A stretch of DNA of 36,964 bases from Candidatus Ratteibacteria bacterium (lineage in GTDB: Bacteria > Ratteibacteria > UBA8468 > B48-G9 > JAFGKM01), in assembly GCA_046296715.1 (NCBI GenBank), contig JBKBIN010000011.1, forward strand, positions 1 through 36,964, read 5' to 3'. The position numbers and the translations under genes are program-made. The notes below the pieces were generated by a model that saw nothing but the letters and a program-made list of their open reading frames with translations, searched no databases and had not been told where the DNA came from. How positions within the stretch are numbered: the stretch's first letter is position 1; each line of letters starts with the position of its first letter. Below, in pieces: positions 1 through 8,765 of the stretch.

Positions 1-356
1 AATGGTAGGTACCATCCATATTTCCTTATTAAACCTATTTTACTGTAGATTAATGTTAGTGTAATTCCTCCAATAAAAGAAGTAAAAAGATATATATCCG
101 ATAAACTAATGTATATATCATCTTCTTTATACTTCTTTTGTCCAATGATATAAGCAGTAGATTGTTTAACTCCTAAATTCATTATGGGGATAAGTATACT
201 AATAACAGTTTGAAACAATGCTAAAGTTCCACGCCCAGAAACTCCTAAATAACGCGCAGTTATAATACCACTTATAAAACCAAAAAGTAAATTTATAATT
301 TTTGTCATTAGTGTATGGAAACTATGGAAAATGAAATTTTTTTTAAATTTGAACAT
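1..356 (-). CDS. wzx: Wzx-type oligosaccharide flippase, N-terminal part (continues beyond left edge)
   Basis: Not in the ORF track. Hand translation from ATG at 356 gives MFKFKKNFIFHSFHTLMTKIINLLFGFISGIITARYLGVSGRGTLALFQTVISILIPIMNLGVKQSTAYIIG..., open to base 1. The ARxLGxxGxG motif after TM1 and the xxLG motif are typical of Polysacc_synt flippases. Starts 3 nt after the murA stop. Confidence 0.8.
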   Translation of the reverse strand, partial: MFKFKKNFIFHSFHTLMTKIINLLFGFISGIITARYLGVSGRGTLALFQTVISILIPIMNLGVKQSTAYIIGQKKYKEDDIYISLSDIYLFTSFIGGITLTLIYSKIGLIRKYGWYLP

Positions 357-359
357 TTT

Positions 360-1631
360 TTAGCTTTCAATGTAAACTTTTCCACCTATTTGCTGGAATT
401 TTTTATCTATGTCTTCATAACCTCTTAATATCTGCCATGCATTTAGAATCCTTGTTTCACCTTCTGCTATCAAACCAGCAAGAATTAAAGCTGCTCCACA
501 TCTTAAATCCAATGCACAAACAGTTGTTCCCTTCAACTCACAAGGTCCAATAATTGTTAATATATTATCACTTATAGTGAATACCCCCCCCATTTTTTGA
601 AATTCAGAAATATAATTATACCTACCCGGAAATCTGAGATCGATTATTTTAGAAACTCCTTTTGCTTTCATCCCTATAACTGCAAATAATGGTTGCATAT
701 CTGAATTAATACCTGGATATGGACCAGTTGATATCTCTATAGGGTAACATTCTTTACCTTTAACTAAAAAAGAAAATTCATTTTTATAAAATATCCCCCC
801 GCTTTCTCTTAAAAATACGAGAGGAACTTCTAAATTTTCATAAGGGAAATTTTGTATTTCTATTTCACCTTTTGTAATCAAAGCAGATATTACATAAGTT
901 AAAGCTTCTACATTATCAGGGATTACATTGTGAAAAGTAGAATGAAGATAATTTACTCCTTCTATAATAATACTTTCTTGTCCTCTTACATAAATTTTAG
1001 CACCCATACGATTCAACAAAGAAATAAGGTCTAAAATTTCTGGACGGATATGAGGTCCATAAATAACTGTTTTACCTTTAGCTAAAGTGCTTGAAATAAT
1101 TGCAAGTTCAGTTGCACCAGTAGATCTTATAGGCAATTTTATTTCTGTTCCAAAAAGTCCTTTAGGTGCTTCTCCTAATATATAATTGCCTTCCTCCCAA
1201 ATTTTTGCACCCATTTTTTCCAATATCATTATATGTAAATCATATTTTCTTTCACCTATTTTACATCCACCTGGTAAAGGGACTTTACCATATTTATTTC
1301 TGGCTAAAAGTGCACCTAAAATAAGAGTAGTAATCCTAACCGAATCCTCTTCTTCCCAATTTAATTCACTTTTAATAGACATAGAAGACTCAATCTTCAA
1401 ATAATCTTCTTTATAAATGAACTTTTTCCCAAGTTTTTGAAGCATTTTCATTGTGACAAGAATATCATAGAGTTTAGAAGGAAAATTAAAAAGATAAATA
1501 TTTTCATCTGTTAATAAAGAAGCAACTAATAATTTCAAAGCACTATTTTTAGCACCACTTATCTTTACATTCCCCTTTATAATAGATGGGGCAACCTTTA
1601 TAATAATATTTTTGTCAATTTTGTTGTTCAT
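360..1631 (-). CDS. murA: UDP-N-acetylglucosamine 1-carboxyvinyltransferase family (MurA paralogue within polysaccharide locus)
   Basis: Motifs ISGAKNS, LPGGCKIGER (Cys115 equivalent), STGATE, PYPGINSDMQP (Asp305 equivalent), DLRCGAAL and RGYE. Start taken at ATG 1631 (MNNK); the track start at 1655 lies further inside the upstream gene. Confidence 0.88.
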   Translation of the reverse strand: MNNKIDKNIIIKVAPSIIKGNVKISGAKNSALKLLVASLLTDENIYLFNFPSKLYDILVTMKMLQKLGKKFIYKEDYLKIESSMSIKSELNWEEEDSVRITTLILGALLARNKYGKVPLPGGCKIGERKYDLHIMILEKMGAKIWEEGNYILGEAPKGLFGTEIKLPIRSTGATELAIISSTLAKGKTVIYGPHIRPEILDLISLLNRMGAKIYVRGQESIIIEGVNYLHSTFHNVIPDNVEALTYVISALITKGEIEIQNFPYENLEVPLVFLRESGGIFYKNEFSFLVKGKECYPIEISTGPYPGINSDMQPLFAVIGMKAKGVSKIIDLRFPGRYNYISEFQKMGGVFTISDNILTIIGPCELKGTTVCALDLRCGAALILAGLIAEGETRILNAWQILRGYEDIDKKFQQIGGKVYIES

Positions 1632-2688
1632 TTTGGATGTTATTTTTAAGTTCACTAATCCTTTCTTTTATAAATACTATAAAAATGCTTAAAAACAATG
1701 ATATAATTCCACTTATTGCCATATTAATTCTTATTTTGGGTTTGTATTTTTTTTCTGGAATTTCTGCCCAATCAACAACAGAAATAACTGGTGTATCTCT
1801 TGCCTCTTCTATTTTTGCAGTTTCATATTCACTTGTTAAATAAGTAAAAAGTGTTTCTTGAATTTTTAAATCTCTTAATAATCTTTGCATTTCTGTTTCT
1901 AAAGGAGGTAAATTTACTATTGTTTTTTCAAGTTCCTTTACTTCATTCTCAAGTTTAATAACTTCTGGATTATTAGAAGTTGAAAATTTTTTTAATGTCT
2001 CAAGTTCAATTTTTTTTGCAAGATATCTACCCTGTATTTCTCCTGCTGTTTTTGCTGCAGTAAGTTCATCCCTCCCTACGGATATTTTTTTCTCAACTTG
2101 ATAATTTTTAACTTTTTCTTCAATTGATTTCAACTCTGCTTCTGTTTCTTTTAACCTTTTCTCTATAAATAATTTTTTTTGACTTGCAGATGTAATATTT
2201 AAACACCTTATAGTTTCATCAAGTAAAGTTATATATGAATTTACAATATCTCTTGCTCTTACTGGTGAAAAATCAATCACATTTATTTCAATTGTCCCTT
2301 CTTTATTTTTTTTGATTTCTGTCAAGTTGCTTAATCTTTTTCTTGCATCTTCTTTTGTTTTTGCTTTATAAATTTCCATTAAATTAAATTTTTCAATAAT
2401 TTTATCAAGTATAGTCCTACTTTTTAGGATAGAATAACATAGATCAATATTTGAAATTTGCTGCTTTACTGAAAATCCTAAACTTGATACCAAAGTTGAA
2501 AAAGAAGTAACTTCTGAAGTTAAAGAAGGCAAAATTACTCCTTTTGCTTTATATGATTTTGGCACTAATAAACTTACAATCATTGTTAAAACAACTATAA
2601 AAAATGTAAAACCAATAATAAAAATTCTGTTTTTCCAAATTATCCGCCAAAGGTCAATCAAATTTATTTCTTCTTTTATCTCTTCCAT
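1615..2688 (-). CDS. Wzz/Wzc-N-like polysaccharide co-polymerase (chain-length determinant, no kinase domain)
   Basis: Begins MEEIKEEINLIDLWRIIWKNR followed by a TM segment and PKSYKAKGVILP, then a coiled-coil middle, then VVDWAEIPEKKYKPK and a second TM segment. No Walker A or tyrosine cluster. ATG 2688 is 1 nt after the upstream stop. Confidence 0.85.
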   Translation of the reverse strand: MEEIKEEINLIDLWRIIWKNRIFIIGFTFFIVVLTMIVSLLVPKSYKAKGVILPSLTSEVTSFSTLVSSLGFSVKQQISNIDLCYSILKSRTILDKIIEKFNLMEIYKAKTKEDARKRLSNLTEIKKNKEGTIEINVIDFSPVRARDIVNSYITLLDETIRCLNITSASQKKLFIEKRLKETEAELKSIEEKVKNYQVEKKISVGRDELTAAKTAGEIQGRYLAKKIELETLKKFSTSNNPEVIKLENEVKELEKTIVNLPPLETEMQRLLRDLKIQETLFTYLTSEYETAKIEEARDTPVISVVDWAEIPEKKYKPKIRINMAISGIISLFLSIFIVFIKERISELKNNIQNEQQN

Positions 2689-2689
2689 T

Positions 2690-4717
2690 TTATTTAAGAA
2701 AAACTGCGATAGGCAAAGCAATCTTATAAAACATATCTATTATTTCTCTTGCAAGTTGCCATCCTTTAAATCTAATTTTTGTAGGAACTACTATAGTATC
2801 GCCTTGCTCTATTTTAGTTGTTTTTGTAATTTTTGTTTCAGCAGTTCCATCTGCCCTTACAATATAAATATTCTTTATATCTGCATCTTCATCATAACCA
2901 CCTGATTTTTCTATATAATAATCAATCGTTTTATCAGATTGGAAAACTATTGTTCCAGGATTTTTCACCGACCCTATTACATTTATACTCATAGGTATCT
3001 TTGGTATATATAAAACATCTCCATCTTCAAGTATTAAATCATATTCTGAATTTTCAAATTTTTCAATATCTTCACAAAGTTTTATAAATACTCTACCCAT
3101 AGGAACTTGAGTTGCTAATACAGAAATAAGTTCTTTCTGTTGTCTTAATAGCTCCCCTCTTTTAGAAATTTCTTCACCAGATAATATCCCTGTTAATGAA
3201 ATTTCTCTTAAAAGCATTTCCTGTTGTATTTTAATAAATTTATCTATCATTTCCTTTTGACTTTTTTTAACACTTTCCCTTGTAAAAACTGCTCCTTTTA
3301 AAAATGCTTCTTCTTTAAAACCACCTGCTCTCTTTAAAACTGAACTTAATCTCTCACCTTTTGTAATTGAATATCTACCAGGAATTTTTACTTCTCCTCT
3401 TATTTCTATAGTTGGTATCTTTTCAAGCATACTCCTAACTACTATTTTATCCATTGGAAGTACATCTAAATCTTCATTTTTATCACCTTTTAAAACTTTA
3501 ACAGGAGAAAAAGGTATTACTTTAAATTCAGTGGAAGGCAACTCAATTCTTTCAATCTCTCCATAATCAAGATACGCCTCAGGTAAAAGATTTTCTATTT
3601 TTATAAAGTCAGAAAGCTTAGCACCTGGTTTCCATTCATACTCTCCAGGATATTTAAAATAACCTACCAATTCAATTTTATTATAGATTCTCGGGTCAAT
3701 TGGTAGAACTTTTATAAAATCTCCATCCATTAATTCAATATCTTTTTTTCTTTCAATAACTTCTTCAATATTTTCAATATCTATGAACTTCTTTTCTTTA
3801 TACTTTTCAATTCTTTCTATTTGAATCCTCCCGCCATAAGCACTTACTTCTATCCCTCCTGCTAAATCTATTAAATCTGATAATGTTTTTTCATTTTTTA
3901 GTTCATATATTCCAGGTCTCTTTACATTACCAGAAATACTTACTTGAGGTCCTGAAATTGGTATAAAAATCACATCTTGTGATTGAAGCTTATAATCCTG
4001 TTCCTTTTTTCCTGTTAATAGAAATTCATATATATCTGTTTCTCCTATTAGTTTGTTATTTCTGTAAAGTTGAATTTTTCTATATGAACCAATAGAAGTA
4101 GGACCACCTGAAAGATATAATATATGAAACAAAGTTGAAAGAGATGAAACTTCATAAGCACCAGGATTTTTCACCTCTCCAACAACAAACACTTTTATAG
4201 TTCTCAATTTACCAAGTAAAACATTTATTTCAAATCCTTTATAAAATTCTTTATATTTTTTTTCAATTAAATTTTTTGCCTGCTCAAATGTTAGTCCCCA
4301 TAAGTAGATTCTTCCAATCTTAGGGATATAAATACCACCTTCTCTATCAATTGTATATGAATCTCTTCCTTCAATAAGTCCCCATATTTCAATAATTAGT
4401 TCATCGCCTGGACCTAAAATATAATCAGGACCAACAGGAACATCTAAAACTGGAGCAAAAGTAGATACTGGATATTTAAAAAATCTTTCTCCAAATCTTT
4501 CAAGTTTACGTGGCACTTTTTGAATAAAAGCATACTCTAATCCTTCTATTTCTGAACTTTCTTTAACTTCTCTTTCTGTTTTTAATTCTATGCTTGACGT
4601 TGTTTCAGGTGAAGTAACTTTTGGTTGAACAATTTCTGGTGCTGAAACTTGTGAGAAACAAAGTTTCTGAAAAAATGAAAAGATGAATACTATAATTAAA
4701 TACTTAACTTTTCTCAT
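2690..4717 (-). CDS. Polysaccharide export protein (Wza/KpsD/OtnA-like, Poly_export domain plus multiple SLBB repeats)
   Basis: Signal peptide, DYILGPGDELIIEIWG Poly_export motif, repeated SLBB motifs (GEVKNPGAY, GNVKRPGIY, GEVKIPGRY, GSVKNPG) and C-terminal GDTIVVP. Confidence 0.9.
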   Translation of the reverse strand: MRKVKYLIIVFIFSFFQKLCFSQVSAPEIVQPKVTSPETTSSIELKTEREVKESSEIEGLEYAFIQKVPRKLERFGERFFKYPVSTFAPVLDVPVGPDYILGPGDELIIEIWGLIEGRDSYTIDREGGIYIPKIGRIYLWGLTFEQAKNLIEKKYKEFYKGFEINVLLGKLRTIKVFVVGEVKNPGAYEVSSLSTLFHILYLSGGPTSIGSYRKIQLYRNNKLIGETDIYEFLLTGKKEQDYKLQSQDVIFIPISGPQVSISGNVKRPGIYELKNEKTLSDLIDLAGGIEVSAYGGRIQIERIEKYKEKKFIDIENIEEVIERKKDIELMDGDFIKVLPIDPRIYNKIELVGYFKYPGEYEWKPGAKLSDFIKIENLLPEAYLDYGEIERIELPSTEFKVIPFSPVKVLKGDKNEDLDVLPMDKIVVRSMLEKIPTIEIRGEVKIPGRYSITKGERLSSVLKRAGGFKEEAFLKGAVFTRESVKKSQKEMIDKFIKIQQEMLLREISLTGILSGEEISKRGELLRQQKELISVLATQVPMGRVFIKLCEDIEKFENSEYDLILEDGDVLYIPKIPMSINVIGSVKNPGTIVFQSDKTIDYYIEKSGGYDEDADIKNIYIVRADGTAETKITKTTKIEQGDTIVVPTKIRFKGWQLAREIIDMFYKIALPIAVFLK

Positions 4718-4755
4718 CGTTTACCCTTTTTTATTTTTTATTTAACAACTTTTCA

Positions 4756-4783
4756 ATTTTATCATATAATTTTTTTTTGTCAA
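4756..4783 (-). promoter_or_regulatory. sigma70-type promoter for the polysaccharide export operon
   Basis: Minus strand TTGACA (4783-4778), 16 nt spacer, TAAAAT (4761-4756) preceded by TG (extended -10). AAAGGG lies 6 nt before the ATG at 4717. Confidence 0.65.
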
Positions 4784-4808
4784 AAATTTTGTATTAAAAT
4801 AAAGTTAA

Positions 4809-5171
4809 ATGAAAAACAAAAAAAATTGGATTTTTTTAATTGTGTGGATGTGTTTAATCTTTTATTTTTCTTCAATTCCTTCTGTCAAACTCCCTAAGAA
4901 ATTTGAAGAGGAAATTTTGAGTTATTTGGCACATTTTTTTGAATTTTTTATTCTTAACCTTTTGGCCTATAAAAATATCTCTAAATTCAATTTAAAAAAA
5001 TTAAATACATTTATTATTTCTTCAACATTTTCCGTTTTATATGCATTTTCAGATGAAGTTCATCAAGCTTATGTTCCAGGTAGAGACAGTTCTGAAATTG
5101 ATTTTTTAATTGATATAAGTGGAGTTTTATTTCTAATTATATTTTTAAAAAACACAAATTCTAAATTCTAA
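4809..5171 (+). CDS. VanZ family membrane protein
   Basis: [44 protein letters not shown] match the VanZ signature. Confidence 0.88.
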   Translation: MKNKKNWIFLIVWMCLIFYFSSIPSVKLPKKFEEEILSYLAHFFEFFILNLLAYKNISKFNLKKLNTFIISSTFSVLYAFSDEVHQAYVPGRDSSEIDFLIDISGVLFLIIFLKNTNSKF

Positions 5172-5919
5172 CATTAATCCCTTTTTCTTTAAGATAGTTT
5201 TTTATCTGTGGGATTGTTAAAATTCTAAAATGTAAAAGAGATGCTATAAGAACTGCACTTGCCTTACCATTAATTATTACTTCATATAAATGCTCAAGTT
5301 TTCCTGCTCCGCCAGAAGCAATAACAGGGATTTTAACATTTTCGCTTACAATTTTTGTTAATTCAATATCATATCCATCTTGAGTGCCATCTCTATCAAT
5401 GCTTGTTAATAAAATTTCACCAGCTCCTAATTCTTCCACTTTTTTTGCCCAATCTACTACATCTAATCCTGTCGGTGTCTTTCCACTTTCAATAAAAACT
5501 TCCCATTTATCACTTCCTATTTTTTTTGCATCTATTGCAACAACTATACATTGACTTCCAAATTTTTTTGCTGCCTCTTCAATCAAATTAGGATTTCTCA
5601 CAGCAGAAGTATTTATAGAAACTTTATCAGCACCATTTGATAATAATTTCTCTATGTCATCCAGAGAAGAAATACCACCTCCCACTGTAAATGGAATAAA
5701 AACAACATCTGCAACTTTCCTTACAGTATCTAACATTGTTTTTCTTCCTTCTATTGTTGCACTTATATCAAGAAAAACAATTTCATCTGCTCCTTCCTTA
5801 GAATAAAAAGAAGCATTTTCAACTGGATCTCCAGCAACTTTAATATTTTCAAAATGAATACCTTTTACAACTTTTCCATCTTTTACATCAAGACACGGAA
5901 TAATCCTTATTGCAACCAT
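5161..5919 (-). CDS. hisF: Imidazole glycerol phosphate synthase cyclase subunit
   Basis: RIIPCLDV (catalytic Asp11 equivalent), [50 protein letters not shown] and PVIASGGAG. Confidence 0.96.
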   Translation of the reverse strand: MVAIRIIPCLDVKDGKVVKGIHFENIKVAGDPVENASFYSKEGADEIVFLDISATIEGRKTMLDTVRKVADVVFIPFTVGGGISSLDDIEKLLSNGADKVSINTSAVRNPNLIEEAAKKFGSQCIVVAIDAKKIGSDKWEVFIESGKTPTGLDVVDWAKKVEELGAGEILLTSIDRDGTQDGYDIELTKIVSENVKIPVIASGGAGKLEHLYEVIINGKASAVLIASLLHFRILTIPQIKNYLKEKGINVRI

Positions 5920-6512
5920 TTTCCCTCCAGAAAATTTTTTAAAAACAAAAGTCCAATTTCACCACTTTTTTCAGGATGAAATTGAACACCAATTATGTTT
6001 TCTTTAATAACTACAGAAGGAAAATTAATTCCATAATTCGTTTCTCCAATAATAAAATTTTTTTGAGTATTTACATAATAGGAATGAGCAAAATAAAAAT
6101 GTGAATTATCCATAATGTCTCTAAAAATTAAACTCTCTTTCAAAATTTTTACTGTATTCCATCCCATATGAGGAACTTTAAGGTTATTTTTAAATCTTAT
6201 CACTTTCCCTTTTAAAATTCCAAATCCTTGTTTTTCTCCCTCTTCGCTCCACTCAAAAAGAAGTTGAAGCCCTAAACAGATACCAAGAAAAGGAATCCGA
6301 TCTTCTAATTTAATTTTTATTTTTTCTAAAAGTCCTCTCTTTTCTAAATTTTCCATACTTGAAGCAAAATTTCCAACACCTGGAAGAATTAAAAAATCTA
6401 CCTTATCTAATGTTTTAGGATTTTCAATTAAAACTGCTTTTTTCCCTAAAAATTTAAGTGCTGAAAAAACACTATATATATTTCCACTTCCATACTTTAT
6501 AATCCCAATCAT
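5907..6512 (-). CDS. hisH: Imidazole glycerol phosphate synthase glutamine amidotransferase subunit
   Basis: YGSGN, LPGVGNF, GICLGLQ (catalytic Cys), VPHMGWN, YFAHSY and QFHPEKS. Overlaps the hisF start. Confidence 0.96.
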   Translation of the reverse strand: MIGIIKYGSGNIYSVFSALKFLGKKAVLIENPKTLDKVDFLILPGVGNFASSMENLEKRGLLEKIKIKLEDRIPFLGICLGLQLLFEWSEEGEKQGFGILKGKVIRFKNNLKVPHMGWNTVKILKESLIFRDIMDNSHFYFAHSYYVNTQKNFIIGETNYGINFPSVVIKENIIGVQFHPEKSGEIGLLFLKNFLEGKWLQ

Positions 6513-6532
6513 TTGTTTCTAACTTTGATAAA

Positions 6533-7471
6533 TTAAATATATTCAATTGTGCTTGGTGGTTTAGGAGTTATATCATAAAGGACTTTCACAACATTAGGAA
6601 CTTCTTTTAAAATCCTATCTCTTATTTTATACAATCTCTTCCATAAAATTTTTACTGGCTGAGCAGTTAAAGCATCTTCAGATTTAACAGCCCTGATTGC
6701 AATTATATCTCCTAACAACCTTTTTCCTTCAACTATACCTGTTGCTTTATCTGAGAATAAAACAGGAAATGCTTGAAAAATATTTTTTTCTTTAAGTTCT
6801 TCTTCTACTATTTTAGTAGCAATTCTTATTTTTTCAACTCGGTCTCTTGTAACTTCTCCTATAATTCTTGTTGCCAAACCAGGTCCAGGAAAAGGTTTTC
6901 TATCATATACTTTTTTAGGCAATCCAAGTGCTTTAGCAACCTGTCTTACCTGGTGTTTATAAAGTTCTTTTAATGGTTCAAGTATCGTTAAACCATAAAA
7001 AGCAGGGTTAATCCCAATTTGAGATAAAACATTATGTTGTGTTTTTATACCCTTTTGTGTTTCAATAATATCTGCTGCTATAGTACCTTGAACTAAAAAA
7101 TCTACAGAATAACTTCTTACTGCTTGACTTAATACTTTATAAAAAGCATCTCTAAACGCCTTTCTTTTCTCCTCTGGATCTATTTTCCCTTTTAAGGCTT
7201 CAAAAAATGTATCTTGAACATCCCAGATTTCTAAATTTATACCCTTTTTTGCTAATAAATCTCTGACCTGTTCAGGTTCTTTTTCTCTCATTAATCCATC
7301 ATCAATGAAAAAAACTACTAATTTATCACCAATCGCCATTTTTGTTAATATAGCGCAAACAGTACTATCAACTCCACCTGAAGTTGCAACTAAGGCTTTT
7401 TTATCTTTTATTTTTTTTCTTAACTCGTTAACACTCTCTTTTATAAATTTTTTAGCACTAAATTTAGCCAT
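6533..7471 (-). CDS. guaA: GMP synthase ATP-pyrophosphatase subunit (GuaA subunit B; no glutaminase domain)
   Basis: PP-loop SGGVDS, DPEEKRK, LVQGT, IKTQHNV, EPLKELYKHQVR, PFPGPGLA and YDITPKPPSTIEYI. 312 aa with no N-terminal GAT domain. AGGAGG SD at 7483-7478. Confidence 0.88.
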   Translation of the reverse strand: MAKFSAKKFIKESVNELRKKIKDKKALVATSGGVDSTVCAILTKMAIGDKLVVFFIDDGLMREKEPEQVRDLLAKKGINLEIWDVQDTFFEALKGKIDPEEKRKAFRDAFYKVLSQAVRSYSVDFLVQGTIAADIIETQKGIKTQHNVLSQIGINPAFYGLTILEPLKELYKHQVRQVAKALGLPKKVYDRKPFPGPGLATRIIGEVTRDRVEKIRIATKIVEEELKEKNIFQAFPVLFSDKATGIVEGKRLLGDIIAIRAVKSEDALTAQPVKILWKRLYKIRDRILKEVPNVVKVLYDITPKPPSTIEYI

Positions 7472-7494
7472 TTAAGACCTCCTATTTTTTATTT

Positions 7495-7523
7495 ATTTTA
7501 ATTTTTCTACTTATTTATGTCAA
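7495..7523 (-). promoter_or_regulatory. sigma70-type promoter for guaA(B)-hisH-hisF
   Basis: Minus strand TTGACA (7523-7518), 17 nt spacer, TAAAAT (7500-7495), followed by an AGGAGG SD. Confidence 0.75.
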
Positions 7524-7545
7524 TCTTCCCTTTAAATTTAACTTC

Positions 7546-8757
7546 TTAGAACTTTTGTTTATAAGGGTCTAAAAAATTAGTTTTTATATATAAAGCAATT
7601 TTTTTGCCTGCTCCTTTAATCCCTACTCTCTCAATTCCGTCTTTTTTAACTTTTTCTTCTATTGATGAGTCATTAAGTATAGAAAAAATCTTTTCTGTAA
7701 TTAATTTTTCATTAAATGGCAAAGGGAAAATAGATTCTCCCAATAATTTTTTTTGTTTTTTAACAAAGTATTTCCATGGATAAAGATTGCTTTTTACTGG
7801 AAAAGTAATTACAGGTTTACCAAGTCCTATTGCTTGTTCATTTGACACTCCAGAAAAACTAATTACAAGATTTGATTTGTTGATAACATCCCCAAATTTA
7901 TCTGAAATAATTACTTTATTTGAATTTTTTATTAAATATCCGATAATACCATGTTCTTCATCACTCTTTTTTCCTTTCTCCAGTATCCAACCGTATTTAT
8001 TAGCAATTTTACTTAATTTATCCAAATCAAGTATATAAGAAAGAGAAATTATAAAAACAGGTGTTTCATAATTCTTTTTTTTTGACTCAATTATTATTTC
8101 ATCTACAATTCTTAACAGATACTCAATCTTTTCACAAGCATCTTTTCTTCTTCCAGGCAACATCCCTATAACTTTACTTTTTTTAGGCAAATTAAAATCT
8201 ATACCAGTAATTTCAACACAATCCATTGCTAAACTTCCAAAATAAATGGCAGGAATACCATATTTTTTAAAGAAAACAGTTGTTGCATGATCTCTTGGAA
8301 AAACAATCTTTGCAAAATGCTTTGTCAACCATAAATTTAAAGAACTTATTTTCCCCATATAAACTGATTGAGCAGTAGCAGCAAAAATAACCTTCTTTTT
8401 TGAAAAAAAACCGCCTAAGGCACAAAGGAAAATATCTCCAACAGCAATTATAAAGTCGGCTTTTCTCCCTTCTTTTGTTATTACTTCTATCTGTTTGACC
8501 AAAAAATTAATTAAACCACTTTTAATATCCCTTATCAAATATTTAATACTAAAATGAATAAGCCCTTCACTTGGTAAATTCTTACAAGGACCTAAAACAT
8601 CTATATTTTGTAAAGTATAAGGTTTTCCCTCTCCTACTATTGGAAGTGCCTTAATCTCTAAAGTGGGTTCAATTTCTTTTAAATTTTTTATAATTTGACA
8701 AGCCATCATATCTTCAATATATCCATTACTGACAACAAGAATTTTAAGATTTTTCAT
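7546..8757 (-). CDS. Lipid-A-disaccharide synthase (LpxB)-related GT-B protein
   Basis: ILVVSNGYIED, ALPIVGEG, LPSEG, IAVGD, VFPRD, MLPGRR, NEQAIGLGKPVITFP and QKKLLG resemble the LpxB-related family best known from cyanobacteria. Confidence 0.7.
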   Translation of the reverse strand: MKNLKILVVSNGYIEDMMACQIIKNLKEIEPTLEIKALPIVGEGKPYTLQNIDVLGPCKNLPSEGLIHFSIKYLIRDIKSGLINFLVKQIEVITKEGRKADFIIAVGDIFLCALGGFFSKKKVIFAATAQSVYMGKISSLNLWLTKHFAKIVFPRDHATTVFFKKYGIPAIYFGSLAMDCVEITGIDFNLPKKSKVIGMLPGRRKDACEKIEYLLRIVDEIIIESKKKNYETPVFIISLSYILDLDKLSKIANKYGWILEKGKKSDEEHGIIGYLIKNSNKVIISDKFGDVINKSNLVISFSGVSNEQAIGLGKPVITFPVKSNLYPWKYFVKKQKKLLGESIFPLPFNEKLITEKIFSILNDSSIEEKVKKDGIERVGIKGAGKKIALYIKTNFLDPYKQKF

Positions 8758-8765
8758 TATAATTT

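Noticed and set aside
5161..6512. hisH/hisF as LPS-type HisH2/HisF2 (WbuYZ) because they lie near the capsule locus
   Set aside because: HisF keeps both catalytic Asp motifs (PCLDV, AIDAK), the adjacent ATPase is GuaA-type rather than WbpG-type, and vanZ and a separate promoter split them from the capsule operon.
8403..8410. Homopolymer tracts as phase-variation sites (A8 here, T9 at 36072-36080)
   Set aside because: Runs of 8-9 A/T are expected at this AT content, and the reading frames are intact.
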